A DNA stretch of 64,000 nt from Yuukianura sp. NJ FZ-2021 (taxonomy: Eukaryota): positions 9,734,001 through 9,798,000 of the forward strand of contig CM102287.1 in NCBI GenBank assembly GCA_046563655.1, read 5' to 3'. The notes under the pieces were generated by a model. The model was not told where the DNA came from. It worked only from the letters and a program-made list of their open reading frames with translations, and did no database searches. The position numbers and the translations under genes were made by a program. Below, one piece after another: positions 51,183-64,000 of the stretch (within the stretch, counting starts at the first letter, position 1; each line of letters begins with the position of its first letter).

Positions 51183-52422
51183 GTAAGTTTTAAACTTGAA
51201 ACTAATGAAAACTTTTTGTTTTAAAAATTACACTTTTCTAAAACTGAATTACTAAGTCCTTACTAAATTTAATTATTACGGACTCGAATTTTCAGTTTTT
51301 TCTTGTTAGTTTCTAATTACAAGTCTCGTGAAAGTGGGAGAAATGAGAGCTTAAAAAATTTTTAGGAAAGAAAACTTACTGGGGGTTTTAAAAAATCTGG
51401 TTCAACGGAAAAAGAAATTCTTTTCTAATTTCAAAGAATGAAGATTTTTAAGCTGAGAATTACAATTGAAAGTTTAAAAAAATTGAAAACAAGAGAAAAC
51501 TGCGAGTTTGACTAATTTTTCGCAATTGCGAAGAAGTGCGTGTGAATTTGGCATTTTGCCGAGATGAACTTAGAGTTGGAAAGCTTTTTAATTAGTACAA
51601 AAACTTTTTTTTCTCAGTTTTTTCAGTTTGTTAGCCAAAAATGGCAAAGTTAACTGCTGTACATGTTGTAAATTTAAGTTTGCGAAAACGGCGTGTCGTT
51701 TGGTAGCTGTTGTTTGGACAAATGGGTTTTGTGGATGTGTTTTGACGTGTCATAATTTAGTACCCAGTGGTTGTGAGTACTCATGAAAGTAATTAGTACT
51801 GTTGAGGAGGAGGAGGGAGGAGGAGGAGTGGAGAAATGTTGGTGAAAGTCACGGTAGAAACCTGATGTATTATGCAGTCAAGGAAGGCACTTCCACTGAG
51901 CCTTCTTTTTTTCATTCGTTTTGTTCTGTGTTCTTTCCAGGGAAGTTTGGCCTGATGATGATCAAGTCTCAAAGGAGACGGAAATTTCATCTCTTAAATC
52001 GATTTTCCTTTCAGCCGCACCTCTCCATGAAGCACAACCGCCAAACGGTAAGTAAAAAAGAGACTCCTTCCTTTTTTTAAACTAACTGTAAGGAAAAAAT
52101 TAGAAAAAGACGTGCTTCTTTTGAAATTTCAAAATTTCGAGGAGATGGAATTTGAATTTTGGTTGTGGAGAAAGCAGTTTTTTTGAAGTTTTGAAACAAA
52201 GTTTAATTACATTTTTGAATGTGGGGGGAATTAAGTTTTTATGCTATGAATAATTATAAGTTTCTCTCTGTGGGGAAATGTGGTTATGCTTTTTTCGGAA
52301 GAAGAAAAATAACCTGTTGATTTTTTTGAAAATGTTTTTCGGTTTTTTGTTTGGAAGAGATTGAATGGTTTTTTGGAAAAAGAGTTAGCACCGACGGAAC
52401 TTTTTTGACAGTTTATGTACTA

Positions 52423-55400
52423 CTAACTGATGGTAAAAACTTGCGGAGTATTTTCGCTACTGCTGCTGCTGTTGCTGTTGCTAGTAAAGTAAATTCGGTT
52501 GCTAATTCCAAGTTCCACTTCTTGCTTGTCATCTAGTCTCTGGTAGGCCTTGTGTCGAGCAGTCTAAAACAAAACCAAAATTTCGAAATTTAAAAATTCT
52601 GAAATTTTGAACAATTTTTTAAACCTCATATCTGACACTAACTTGAAAGCCCTACGAGGAAAACGAACTTTGAAGTTTCTGATTCCTCAGCAGAACAGAT
52701 TTTAGTGAAATTTTTAACTGGCGATTTCGTCAATCCATTTCTTAAAGTGAATTTTTGTAAATTAAATTTTTCAAAATGTGGATTTCACTTTTGGGAGATT
52801 TTCTGTGAATTTCACTTTTAACGATTTTTTGTCGATTTCTTTGTATTTCTGTAGTTTGTTTTCTAAAATCTTTTGAAAATTTTTGTTTACCTCAATTCTG
52901 GTGGTTGTTGTGCAAATGCGTCCACCGTTGATTCTGAATAGGGCGAGAGCGAGTCCCAGAAGGAGGACTACCGACAGGAGACAAGTGAGGGCTGAAATGA
53001 GGATTGTTCTCAGAATGAGGTTTTCCTCATTTGGTGAGGGCTGACGATTTACTTGGAGACGCAGTGGACTTTCAGGAATGCGGGCACTGGCTGGTGCAGA
53101 TTGAAGCAGCATCTTCTGGGGTAGATGCTGCACAAAATGAAATCGAAATTGGATTTCTATTGTTTTGAGAACAAAAGACAGGAATTTGGAACATTTGAAT
53201 TAAGACGGACCAAACAGACAGACATTAAGGAAAGTTCTTTTCATTGTCCTTAGAATAAAAGGAAATATTAAGGACGAGGAATTTTACTTTCTCCGTTCAA
53301 AATTAAGCGTGAAAGTGACCGAAACTGGCGTTTGGGTTTGACGTGCGAGAAAATGTGAAAGTTTAAGACGGTTTTTGCCTTTGAGGGACTAAAAAAAATG
53401 TCAGAGTCAAAAACTAGTGTTTTTCCTTTGAGTAAACATTGGTTCAATGGAATCAATTTTCTGAATTTTTTTCATTTTTTGAACTTTTTTCTTTGTTTTT
53501 GAGAAAGAAGCCGGAAAGTAGGAAAATGGAATTGGAAGAAGGAAGGTAAATATGGACGATTGATTTTGAATTTGGCAAAATGAGAAAGTAAATTTTTCCG
53601 TTTTGCTAAAGAGAGTTGTTTTGTGTGCCGCGGGGAAAGTGTAGGATGCAAAATGGAGGGAAAGTAGTAGTAAAATGGCGCCGTTTTTTTGAAATATGTT
53701 GAAACTACACAGGTATCTTGTTTTTGATTAAGGATATCAAATTTTATTAGGATTGGAGAGCTACTTTGTAAAAGGAGAGAAACTGGATTTCTTTTTCCTC
53801 AGGGCCAAGAGAAGAAGATGAGATTTTTTGGAAGGATTTTTTATCTGTTTCGGGAGAGAAGAAAGTAGTTTTTCCCTCTTAACTTATAAATGGACTCAAT
53901 TTTCTTTTTTTCATTCCTTCTTTTTGAATTAAGAAGGGAAGAGAGGAACTCACTCCTTTTCTTGTTGCGAATTTGAAAAGTACAGAGCGGTACAAGAGAG
54001 GAGTTGAAAAGGGAAAAGTTAGGGACTGTCATGGGTTGAAAAATTGGCAATCAGTTGGTTATTGTTCTTGAGAGTTACATCTTTTCTTGTTCTTCGTAAA
54101 GCGGAACGCCAGTGCGTGATGGGGCGTGTACAGAGCGTTTTTAGAAAATGAGAAAGTTTTTTTAAGAAAAGGAAAAATTAAATAAAATTAAGTGAGGAGT
54201 AAAATAAAATCATCGATATCCAGTGGGAGGTTGTGATTTTGGAGAAGTTTTGTTAGGGTTTTTGAATTTGATTGGTTTTGAATTTTTAGTTTTTAAAAAT
54301 CTAGTGCGGGAAAAAATTACATTTTTGGTTTTGAAGTTTTTAATTGAGCGACTCTGTACTTTTGAGATGTAGGGGAACAGTTGGAGTGAATTGAAGAGAA
54401 AGTAAAAGTCAGCGGAGGTTGATGAGGCATTTCAGTTTAGATTTGAGAGAAAGTGGGGGTGGGGAGGGGTTGCTATGGGAAATTCAGGTTAGGTTGTGGG
54501 GTGAGGGGTAGTGATGTGCCTTACGTGAGCGTGGAGTGGGTGGTGATCTGGGAGTGTCGTCAGGGCCGGAAATCCATCAATCGATCCTTGTTCATCTCGA
54601 TCTTCATTTGCTACTCCAAGGTTGCTCCGCTTCACACCGCCCCCACCCTCCCCTCCTCCGATGTCTCCATTTATGTCGGCTGACAGGAAGTACGAGGAAG
54701 TTGGGGCTTGAGCCACTTGAGACGGATTTGGACTCTGTCAAAAAGTGGAGTAAAACTTGTCAAAAAATATTTAGAAAGTTTTAGGTTTCAACTTTTCCGT
54801 CGGGAGAAACATTTTTGAGCAACTCTGTACATTTTAATTTTGATTTAATTTGAAAATTTTAGGTCTTTACTTGAGCCCTTAGTCAAACAAACGGAAATTT
54901 GAGCATTGTGTCGTAAGGTTTTTTTTTATTATTTCGAAATTTGTAATCTTGAATATGAAATTGCGAAATGAGGTCAGAGGTTATTTGTTTTTGGTGTTTG
55001 GAAAAGGGCTTTTACTTTCATGTAACTCTTCTCTGCTGGCTATGTTACAAGGAGGGGGAAAAAGTTAATTGAATGTGAGCGCTGAATTGAGCCAAACACT
55101 AATTGGACGGAGACTTTCTCCTTGCTTTCACCTCCACAAAACCTCCTTCCTCCATCATGGTTTTGTCTTTCTCCGCCAAAATTTCAAATCCTGGAATTTT
55201 CCCGCCCTTTTCCTTCCAGAAATTATGGAGAGAAGGAGAGAAATTCCGGACTTTGTCTCTCTTGTTTTGGAATCTTAAAGTTTTAATAATGTAATTTAAG
55301 CTCTCAGGCTTAAATTCTACATTTTCCGTTTTAAGCTCCTTCAGACTTGCTCTTGTTCTACCACTTTATGTTCTAAAAATTTCTGTTTAGAAATGGGATA

Positions 55401-58400
55401 CTTTTTAAGAAAAAAGTGGAGCTTTTGAAAAAATCGAACTAAAATGGTTATTGATTTGGTCTGTTTTTTGTTAAGGGAGGAGAGGATCGAAGCTTTCTCT
55501 CTTTTTTTCTGTACTTTGTAGCATTTTCTTTTATTTAAAGGATTGAGATAGATATCAGTTTCCATTAGTGTCACTCGCCCGCCCTTTGTCGGGTGCGGCC
55601 GTAGAAGGGAGCAGGTCAAGGGGCACTTAAGGACCCCCTCAAGACTGATGGCGTAATTAGATTTGGCAAAAGCTCTTCTCTCTCCCTCTTTGCAAATTGG
55701 CATTCCGGCCACGCAGAACGGGGGCGGGCAGAACAGATTTTTTTTTGCGGGATTTTCAAAAAAAAAATCTGCAGGATTTTGTTGCTGCTTTTTTTGGTAG
55801 GAATTGAAGTGAAAGTGAAGGGAAGTCTTTTAACAAGGCCATAAAGTAAAGTGACACGTCCATTTCACTTTGGATGGGAAAAGCTTAAGGTTCCCATTGG
55901 AGAAAATGGGAATGCTTTGTTCTGGTCCCACCATAACATGGTGGAGTGTAAATAGTAATGGTGGGGCTCTGGATGTGGGAACTGTAATTTAATTGTATCC
56001 TATTTGATGTAATTTTATGACAATGGAAGTTCCAGAGGGTTTTGAAATTAATTTAAACAAGGGAAATGAGCATGATCTGTTTTAGAGAAGAGAAAGTGGA
56101 ATTGACAGTAATGGGTGGGAACTGCCAAGAACTCGTCTCAAATGTGTCACTTTTCAAATGGTTTCTCCCGCTTCAAAGTTAAATGGAGCCTAATAATGTT
56201 TGGAAGCTGGAAACTGTCTGGTGTTGTTTAATTTAGAGAAACAAATTGTTTAATTTTATATTGTTTTCGTGGTGGTTCACTTTGTGGAGTGAGTGGAAAG
56301 TAATTTCGGAGAAAGCGCAAGCGCTTAAGCGATCTTAAAGGGCTCTGGGAAAGAAAATTTATGAAAATAGGTTTTTAAAAAGAGCGCCAATTTTGTGAAT
56401 TGGTACTTTCTTAAAGTAAAAAGCTGTCTCTAATGTGTAGAAACTGTGGCCCCACCATGAATTTAATTTGATCAGGCCCCACCAAAATTCTGAGGATTTT
56501 GAGATTTTGAGTGAGAATTTTGATATTTTGAGCTGGAAATGTTTGAATTTTGAGATTTTGCGTTGGAAATGTTGGAATTTTGAGATTTTGTTGGAAATTT
56601 TAGTATTTTTAGAATTTTGAGTTTGAACTTACAGTTTGACGTGGAGTAGTGGACGAAGGGCCACCGCTTGAACTTGGCGTAGAACTTAAGGACACTTTAG
56701 TGGACGTGACCCCACCAGAGGTCAAAGATGTCGAGGTCATTGACCTTTGTGGTGGCGGGGTCATGGTGGTAGAGGACGACGATGTAGTAATAGCTGGACA
56801 GATATTTGCTGGAATGAGGATGGAGAGCCCCGTCAAGTGGGTCAGAGTCGTTGTAAACGGATTTCCCGCTCCCTTGATGATTTTGAGCGTCTCGATATCC
56901 AGAACTTGGTCACACAGGACCCTTAAGTGCCCCACCGAGAGGTCACAGGCATCCACATTGAGTTCTCTGAGGGACTTGAACCAAGAGAGCCCTTGAAGGG
57001 CCTTTTGGCACAAAGCGGGAGAGTAGCTCATGTCCAGAATCTGGAGGCCCTTGAAGGGAGCAAAGAGTTGGGCAGGGTCAAACTGTAGATCGGAAGTTCC
57101 GAATCGAGAGAGGTGGAGGACGTTGAGGTGTGATCCAACCGAGTCAAAAGCTCCGTTCACAATGACCTTGAGGGGGTTTTGACTGAGGTCAAGTATTTGG
57201 AGGGAGGTCAAGTTGGTAAAAGTGGAAGGGAGGAGGGAATCGAGGGCGTTTGACCGTAGCATGAGTGTTCTTAGGCGGGTCAAGGGAGCAAAAACTTCGG
57301 GGTCAAGCGTCTGGAGCTGATTGGCGTTTAGATTCAAAGTTTCTAGGGAACGGAGTGTAGTGAAATCCGACTGTGCTAGAATTTGGATTTGATTTTCTTC
57401 AAGTTGCAGCGATTTGAGGGACGATGGAAGATTTTGAGGAATTCGAGTCAATCTGAAAAACAAAAATTAAAAAGTTAGCGTTTTATGAAAAATGTTTTGA
57501 AATTGAACTATTCTACTCCTGCCTAACTTTCAGGGTTTTTGTGTTTTTATTCAGGGAAAAAGTAAATTATTTTTCACTGGCATGTTGACGAACTACTTTT
57601 TTAGTTTCATTTCATTTTCATCGAAATTGCAAGATTTTTGTTTTGCTTGAAATAGCTTTTTTTTTCTTTGAAATTGGGACTCGTTTTTTTTGTGAAATTG
57701 TTCTTGTTTGGGACAGTTTTTTTTTGAAATTGTGCCATTCGAGATAGTAATTTTCCTCTTTTTTTTTGAAATTGCGAAAAGTGGTTTTATATTTTGTGCG
57801 AGGGAAAGTTGAAAAAAGGTTGTGCTGCGGTTGGATGGCTGTTAAGTTGAAAGTTTGTGGAGAAAGTTGTAGAGGAAACGGAGAAAGTTTTGATTGTTTA
57901 TGACCCCAGAGTGGTTAGGTTTTGAGTTCTTATCAGGCCAGAGCAGCTACAAAGGCCTCCATTCCTACTTTCTTATTTCAAAATTTTGACCTAAACTTTC
58001 AACAATCAAAAATGAATTGTGAGAAACGGACAAAATAAAATATCTTACAACTTTTCTTGTAAGGACGGTTTTTGTGGGGGATGCGGACAATGGAGACTTT
58101 TTTCTACAAGGAATGACTCACTTGAGTGTAATAAAATGGTGACATGAGGTCAAAGGTCATTGACCTCAGACGTTGACAAATATTGGTAACAAATGACGGG
58201 TAATTCGGAGGGAGGGAAGAGAAATTGTGGAGTGTAATTGGACATTAGAAGAGTGGGAAACTTTCTTTTCGCTTTTTTTTGTACTAGCAGAAGCGCGGGA
58301 AACTTTTTCTTCGTTTTTTTTCTTGGTTGTTGCGTTTTTGAATTCCTGCGGGTGCTTTTTTCCAGTGATGCGGAGGAAATGAACGGGAGGGAGCGGGAGG

Positions 58401-61400
58401 AAATGATTATTGAGGAAATTATAATTGGAGAAAGGAGGGAAAGTTTGAAGAAAGTTTTTGGAAGGGGGAAGCAATGTGACAATCAATTTTAATTGAACTT
58501 TGAAAAGCTCGCGCCAAAACACCATGGATGTGGTGTGGTTGTTATCAAAAATCAAATTCCGCTTTCTCCCAATTTCTGGTGTAGACTTTCTCCCAATTTC
58601 GAAACATTTTTGTTCTCTTTTTTTCTTGGAAACTGAGGTCTCAATTTCATATTTTTTGGCGGCGATATGGAGGGAGTAACTATCAGGTATCAGAAACCGT
58701 ATCATTATTTTTTGTACTGAAAAAAGAAATTGGAGCGCGAAGTTTCGATTTCTTTTTGATGATTGTTTTCCGTTTTATGTCTTTGTGTGTAGAGAATTCC
58801 TTTGAGGAGGAAAAAACCACGGGTTTTGGCTTTTACTTTTTGGTGAAATTGTACAATTTTTTTTCGGTTTTCACTATTTTTTTGTTGTGATATTGGAACG
58901 AGTTGAAATGTTAAAAGAAAGTGTAGAGAAGTTTGGTACTGGGATTGAGAGGATGTTCTGACACGTTGTCACATTAAAGCTAAAATGTCTTGTGTACTGA
59001 ATACAAATCTGAGAATCGATTTGAAAAAGTAAAAAAACGAAACCTTTTCCCGCTTTTTTTCTGTACTACACTCCTGTGGAGAGAAAGTGTCTAATTCTGC
59101 TAACTTCCAACTTGATAACGTCAACGCCGGGTCGGAGAGAGCGGGAAACTGAAAGGCAGGATTTTTTTTGAAAATTGAAGTTTTTTTTTTCGGAAAATCA
59201 ATTTTGAATGGAATTCTAAAGGAAGTTTTTGGGGTTTTGCGGCTGGGAGATTTGCATGAACGGCGGATGGACATTTTGGAAAGTTCCTGGAGGAAATGAA
59301 TTGTGTGTAGACTTTCACCAAATTTGATTTTTGGGAGGGGAGAGATTTTGAATTTGACCCGCCACAAATCAAAATGTGAATTTAAACGAAAGTCGCTCTA
59401 AAAGTCAAAATGTGAGGGAAAGTCTGTCCAGAAGCCAAATGACTTTGAAATTGTAAATAAACGAACCTGTTTCCATTGATCCAAAGTCCAGAGAGAAACT
59501 CGAGTCGTCCAAGTGCATCGTCTTCGATGACTTCAATTTGATTTTCATCTAGAACCAGAAGTCCTAGGTTTGGAAAGCTCTCAAAGTCCGTTTGAGCGAT
59601 GACCTTGAGGTTGTTGTTGTTGAGTCGAAGGTCACGGACATTGGTAGTGAGTGAAGGGGGGATGAGAGTGAGACTAAGATGGGAGAGGTCGATGAACTGA
59701 GAGCGGGAGTTGAGTATGAAGTGCGGGGGGAGGAGGAGGGGGTTGTTGGAGAGGATCAAGTGTGCGAGGGAGGGGAGGGGGGAGAAGAGGTGCGGGGCAA
59801 GCGTCTGGAGGTGGTTGGAGTCCAGGTTGATGTAGTGGAGGGATTGGAGACTCTGAAACAAGAAAGTAAGAGAAATGAATAAATCCGGACTTTCTCTCCC
59901 GGAGAAAGTGAAATGAATCACTTTCTGTTAGGTTAGGTGGGAGAGAGAAAGGAGAGGTAGCAGTCCAAATATTTGTCATCCCGGGAGAAAGGAATCTTTT
60001 TGGAGAGGAAGATAAGAGAAAGAGAGAGATGAAAGTGGTCCTTCAAGATGAACTTTGTCTCAAGCCGAATCAACACTGGAAGTACAGGGAATGTTGGATG
60101 TGGGATATGTTAGGTGAAACCTAATGTTAGTGGCTTTTGTTTGTTAGGTTACATTTCAAAATTGGGTTTTTAGACAATCTTTCTTGTGGAAAAGCCAAAG
60201 TATAAATCTGGCTTTACTCTCAACCAATTCCTCTTCTCAACCTTGAAAACCATTTTTTAGTTTCAGTTTTTAGTCTGCTAGGAGAGCATTTTCAAAATCC
60301 AGTTTCTGCTAAATTTCTGTCTCTAGTCTACATTTTATAGCTTTTTTTAAACTGAAGATTAATTTTCAGTAAATTCTTCAACAAAGTGGAAACCTTTATT
60401 TTTAGAATTAAAAATTGAATGTGTTTGTGCTATTTTAAGCTTGAATTTGATGAAAACTTTCATGTAATTTGATTGACGATTTTTGATGATTGGCGGTTTT
60501 ATACAACAACAAAATTTTTATTTCCTTCGACGATTTTCGTTTTTTGTTTGTTTGTAAAAAGAATTCCAGAAAAGTTCATTTTGATGAAAGTTTCAGCGAG
60601 AGAGTTTTACTTTCTGTGCTTCTCTTGCTTGCTTTTGGGCTTAGTTTTTTTTTCTACCGTTTTCTCTTCTTTTTTTTCCGTTTCGCGCCTTTTCCTTTTG
60701 AGTAAATTTTTTGATGAAGGGAGAGTGGGAATTTTCATTTATTTGAAAGATGAAGATGACCAATTGACTTAATCCAAAAGGGAGAAAGTGAAGAAGACTT
60801 TCAGTTTCCTCTTGAATGAAAAACCTCTCTTCAAAGCAAAAACTGTTTTTTGCCGCCTTTCAGTTTTCTTCGTAGTACTTGGAATAGAAACGCGAAGTTT
60901 TCTTCGTTCGCATCTTCGACTTTAGTTTTTCCTTCCACTCTCCCAGACAACGGCGGCACAAGTGGATTTAATCTCTTCTGCCGCTCGCTCCTTTCTCTCT
61001 TTTGCTTTTCTGTCAATTTTCTTTTCTGAGAAGAAAGAAAAGTGGCGCAAGACTCATAAGCTTCTTAAATGAAGACTTTGGAAAGTAAACCTTTCTCACT
61101 TCCAAAGGCACACGCTTCACTGCACTGCTTTTCGCGGGAAAAGCGCGGGAGACTTCTTTTATTCAAAATCCTATTAGAGAGATGAGAGTCTTTATGAATT
61201 GTAATTGGTAGAGGAAGGTGTGATGGAGAAATGGCAGGAATTCCGGGAATTGTTGGTGTGGAAAGTGTAAGTTTGGAAATGGCGGGAAAAAGTTGGTCTG
61301 CGAGCGGGAGATTTTGAAAAGTTTATTGTAAATTTTTTGAATTGTGATTGAAAAGTTGAGCTGGTTTAGTGTGGAAGAGGAGAGAGAAGAGAGAAAGTTG

Positions 61401-63258
61401 ATGATGAGGGTTTGATGAGGAAAAGGAGCGGGAAAAGTTTAAAGTTTGAATTGAAACTTTTTGGGGAGGGAAAGTTTTGAAAAGAGAAAGAAGATAAAGA
61501 TCACGGATGGATGGAGTATGGAAAATGGTGATTTGTGAGATGGTGGTGGTAGTGGCGGTTAATTTTGAAAATAGAAAATAAAGAGTCTACGGACCACCAG
61601 AGTTTTTGGAAATTTTGTTTTTTGAACAGAGTTTTTGGAAATTTGGGTTTCACAAAAGAGAGAAAAGGAGAAAGTTTACTTTTAATTCAAAACTCTTGTA
61701 AAATTTGAGAGAGATGAAAGTAATGGACAACTTTTGCATTTAGGAAATTGGAAGTCTAGAAAGTCCCTGTTTTTGAAAATTTTGATTTTGAAAAAGCGAA
61801 AGCGCCAACTTTTCAAAAAGCTCATGAATTTCAGAGAGCCAATTATCACAAGTGACGGTGACTCGAAAAGATGGAGAAAGCGAGACAATTTTTGGAAAGA
61901 GCGGGAAAATCATGAATATGTATGATGCATTTCTCGCACTGCAAAACTGCACTTCGAAATTACTTTTTTTCCTTTTAACTAATTTACTAAGCAAACAAGT
62001 GGTATTGGGAACGTCGAAAGACAAAATCCGCGCCGCGAAAATTTTCACGTCCAGAACTTTTCCTGTTTTCGTGGTTTTAGAAATAGTGGTTAGGAACGAA
62101 TTAAGTTTTAATTGCCGGAAATGGTTCTTTTAGGGGAAAGTTTTAAAATTTTGACGAGTTGAAGGTTAAATTTCCGGATTTTGCGAAAATTTTGGCAAAA
62201 GAGCGTCAGCATAGTCCAAAATTCAATTTTGAGCGAGAATGGCCTTTTGCAAATTAGATTTTGCACTGTTCGAAATTCAATTAAAGGAGAAGGGTTATAA
62301 TTCAATTTTGAAGAAGAGAGACTTTTCAGAACAAATTGGCAAAATGGAGTTTTCGCGAAAAAGGGAGAAAATTTGCGGAAAATTGAGTTAGACGAAATAC
62401 TTTACGTCTAAAGTCCTTTTGCACACTGTGATAAATTGGGCAAAATTTGGCAGAAGCCAGCAGCTTTTGAGCATCTGTTTCAAAAAACGAAAAAAAATTG
62501 TGCTGCTTTTAAGTTAAGTCGAGAAAATTTCACAGTAGATCTTTGACCTGTAAAACTAAAACAAGAAAAGAATTGACCGTGAGTAGGAAAATTTTGAAAA
62601 CTAGACCAGGAAAAGTAAAATTTTGTATTTCTGAAATGTCATTAGTGTTATTGTGGTTTGTTGTTTTAATTAACTTGTCAGTTTTACGAAAACCGCAAGA
62701 ATTGTAAAAAGTTACCTCAAACGTATTTTCTGGTAAAATCTGAATAACATTTCCACGTAGATTCAAACTCTCTAATTTGCTCATTCCACTCAACGTTAGA
62801 TTCACTAAAAAGTTGTGACTCAAGTCAAGACTTTTACAGTTTTCCAAATCGGACCAACTGACGAATGTCGTGAGATTGTTGTTGCTGAGGTCAAGGAAGG
62901 TCAATGACCTCTCTGCAAGGTCATTCTCGTTAGGTTGGACAAAAATTGTGCCAATTTGGTTATGGGCCAATACGAGTTCTGTCACTCCTTGTCCAAACAG
63001 TAGATCATGCTCTCTTATTCCAATGAACAATGTAGGTAAAACGTAGTCACGCAGTTCCAATCGGTGACCTCTGGAATCAAGGTCGTGACCTCCAAAACTT
63101 AAATTTAGCGCTGGAAGAACTGTGAGGAGACGATCTCCGATGCATGTAGTAGTTGCTGTCGTTTCAGGACAAAAGCACTCTGTAGGGCATTCTCCGCTTG
63201 TAGTTGACCTGATGAGGGTCACAACCACAAAGGTCACAAGCGTGACCTCTGAGGCCAT
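52423..63258 (-). CDS. 2mit: Type I transmembrane LRR protein nested antisense in the timeout intron (2mit-like), 6 exons: 63258-62716, 59852-59467, 57452-56633, 54734-54525, ~53127-52891, ~52563-52423
   Basis: Signal peptide MASEVTLVTFVVVTLIRSTTSG, LRRNT CPTECFC, many LxxLxLxxN repeats (ESFPNLGLLVLDENQIEVIEDDALGRLEFLSGLWINGNRLTRIPQNLPSSL), Ser/Thr-rich stalk, TM TILISALTCLLSVVLLLGLALALF, short tail with YQRL; splice phases are consistent. Confidence 0.85.
56535..56598 (+). repeat. Short intronic tandem repeat (~30-bp unit)
   Basis: tggaaatgtt(t/g)gaattttgagattttg repeated about twice. Confidence 0.7.
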
Positions 63259-64000
63259 TTTGGTCACTTCACAATCCTGCTCACAACTGTTTCACAAATG
63301 TTGTGAACAATGAGAAGCAACAGGCTCGAACAGTAACAATAACAGTTTGAAGTAGAAATCTGTTCCTTTGTTGAGAGGCGGAAGGGGAGAAAGCAATTAG
63401 TGTTTGAAGAGAAAACAAAAGGTGAAAGTTCTATTGTTCTTTCGCAGCGTTTCTCTTTTGTTTGATTTTGAAATTCCCGCGGGGCTGGAACTGAAACAAA
63501 GTGAACTTGGCTGCAGCGTTTTCCCTTTCCAACTGAGAGCGAAGTTCTAAGCTGCAGCGTCTGAGTTGAGTTTTTGGCCAAACCAGCGCCGGCGTTGTTC
63601 TTACTTTTTGTGCAGAGGGATTTTTGGAGGCAGTGTGCGAGTGAAGTTGTGGAACTGGAGACTGGAGAGTCAGAAACCGGAAGTTTATAGGCACACTGGA
63701 TCGCTGGAAGGGCTGGAAGGATTGGGAGGATTAGACTTTAGTGTTTACTCAACTTACATTTGAAGTCTCCCTGTGTTAGGCTAGGCCTTAAGTCTCTAAT
63801 TATCAATTATCCACTCTCTTCTGCTCAACAAAATAAGACTAAAGTACGCAGTCTACAAAAACCTAAGCTTAAACTCTGGTTTTCCAAAATCTAAAATCTG
63901 GGCAGAGATCATTAGCTCCAAAAAGACGAACAGAATTTTTAAAAGTGTCTAGTTTTTTGTAAACTGAAAAAAAAAACAAGTCTTTGTTGCTTTAAAAGTA

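Noticed and set aside
61130..61440. Cluster of GCGGGAAA E2F-like words
   Set aside because: Intronic, and the word is scattered widely through the window, so not specific evidence of a promoter.

Overview
Eukaryotic (animal, most likely arthropod-grade invertebrate) nuclear DNA with many short GT-AG introns; no prokaryotic features, CRISPR, rRNA or tRNA seen. Family assignments come from my own splicing of exons and recognition of motifs, not database searches. The first ~27 kb is gene-dense: 3' end of a DMRT gene, BBS8/TTC8, Prune, HIBADH, Lunapark, PI4KA-like, TGFBRAP1, CDK5, SMARCD/BAP60 and a TFIIE-alpha-like gene. Then come a CCDC63/114-type dynein docking gene, a scramblase-like gene, an SDR, ~7 kb of mostly non-coding DNA with fold-back structures, and the 5' part of timeout/TIMELESS (tim2), whose large intron hosts an antisense 6-exon LRR transmembrane gene (2mit-like). 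Most notable: (1) an intact but very divergent 277-aa TFIIE-alpha-like gene ending before the acidic TFIIH-binding tail; (2) a ~1,245-aa PI4KA with intact catalytic motifs but most of the central solenoid apparently deleted; (3) the tim2/2mit nested arrangement; (4) a pervasive AGGTCA/DR1-type repeat that fills introns, forms a splice donor and is translated inside several proteins.
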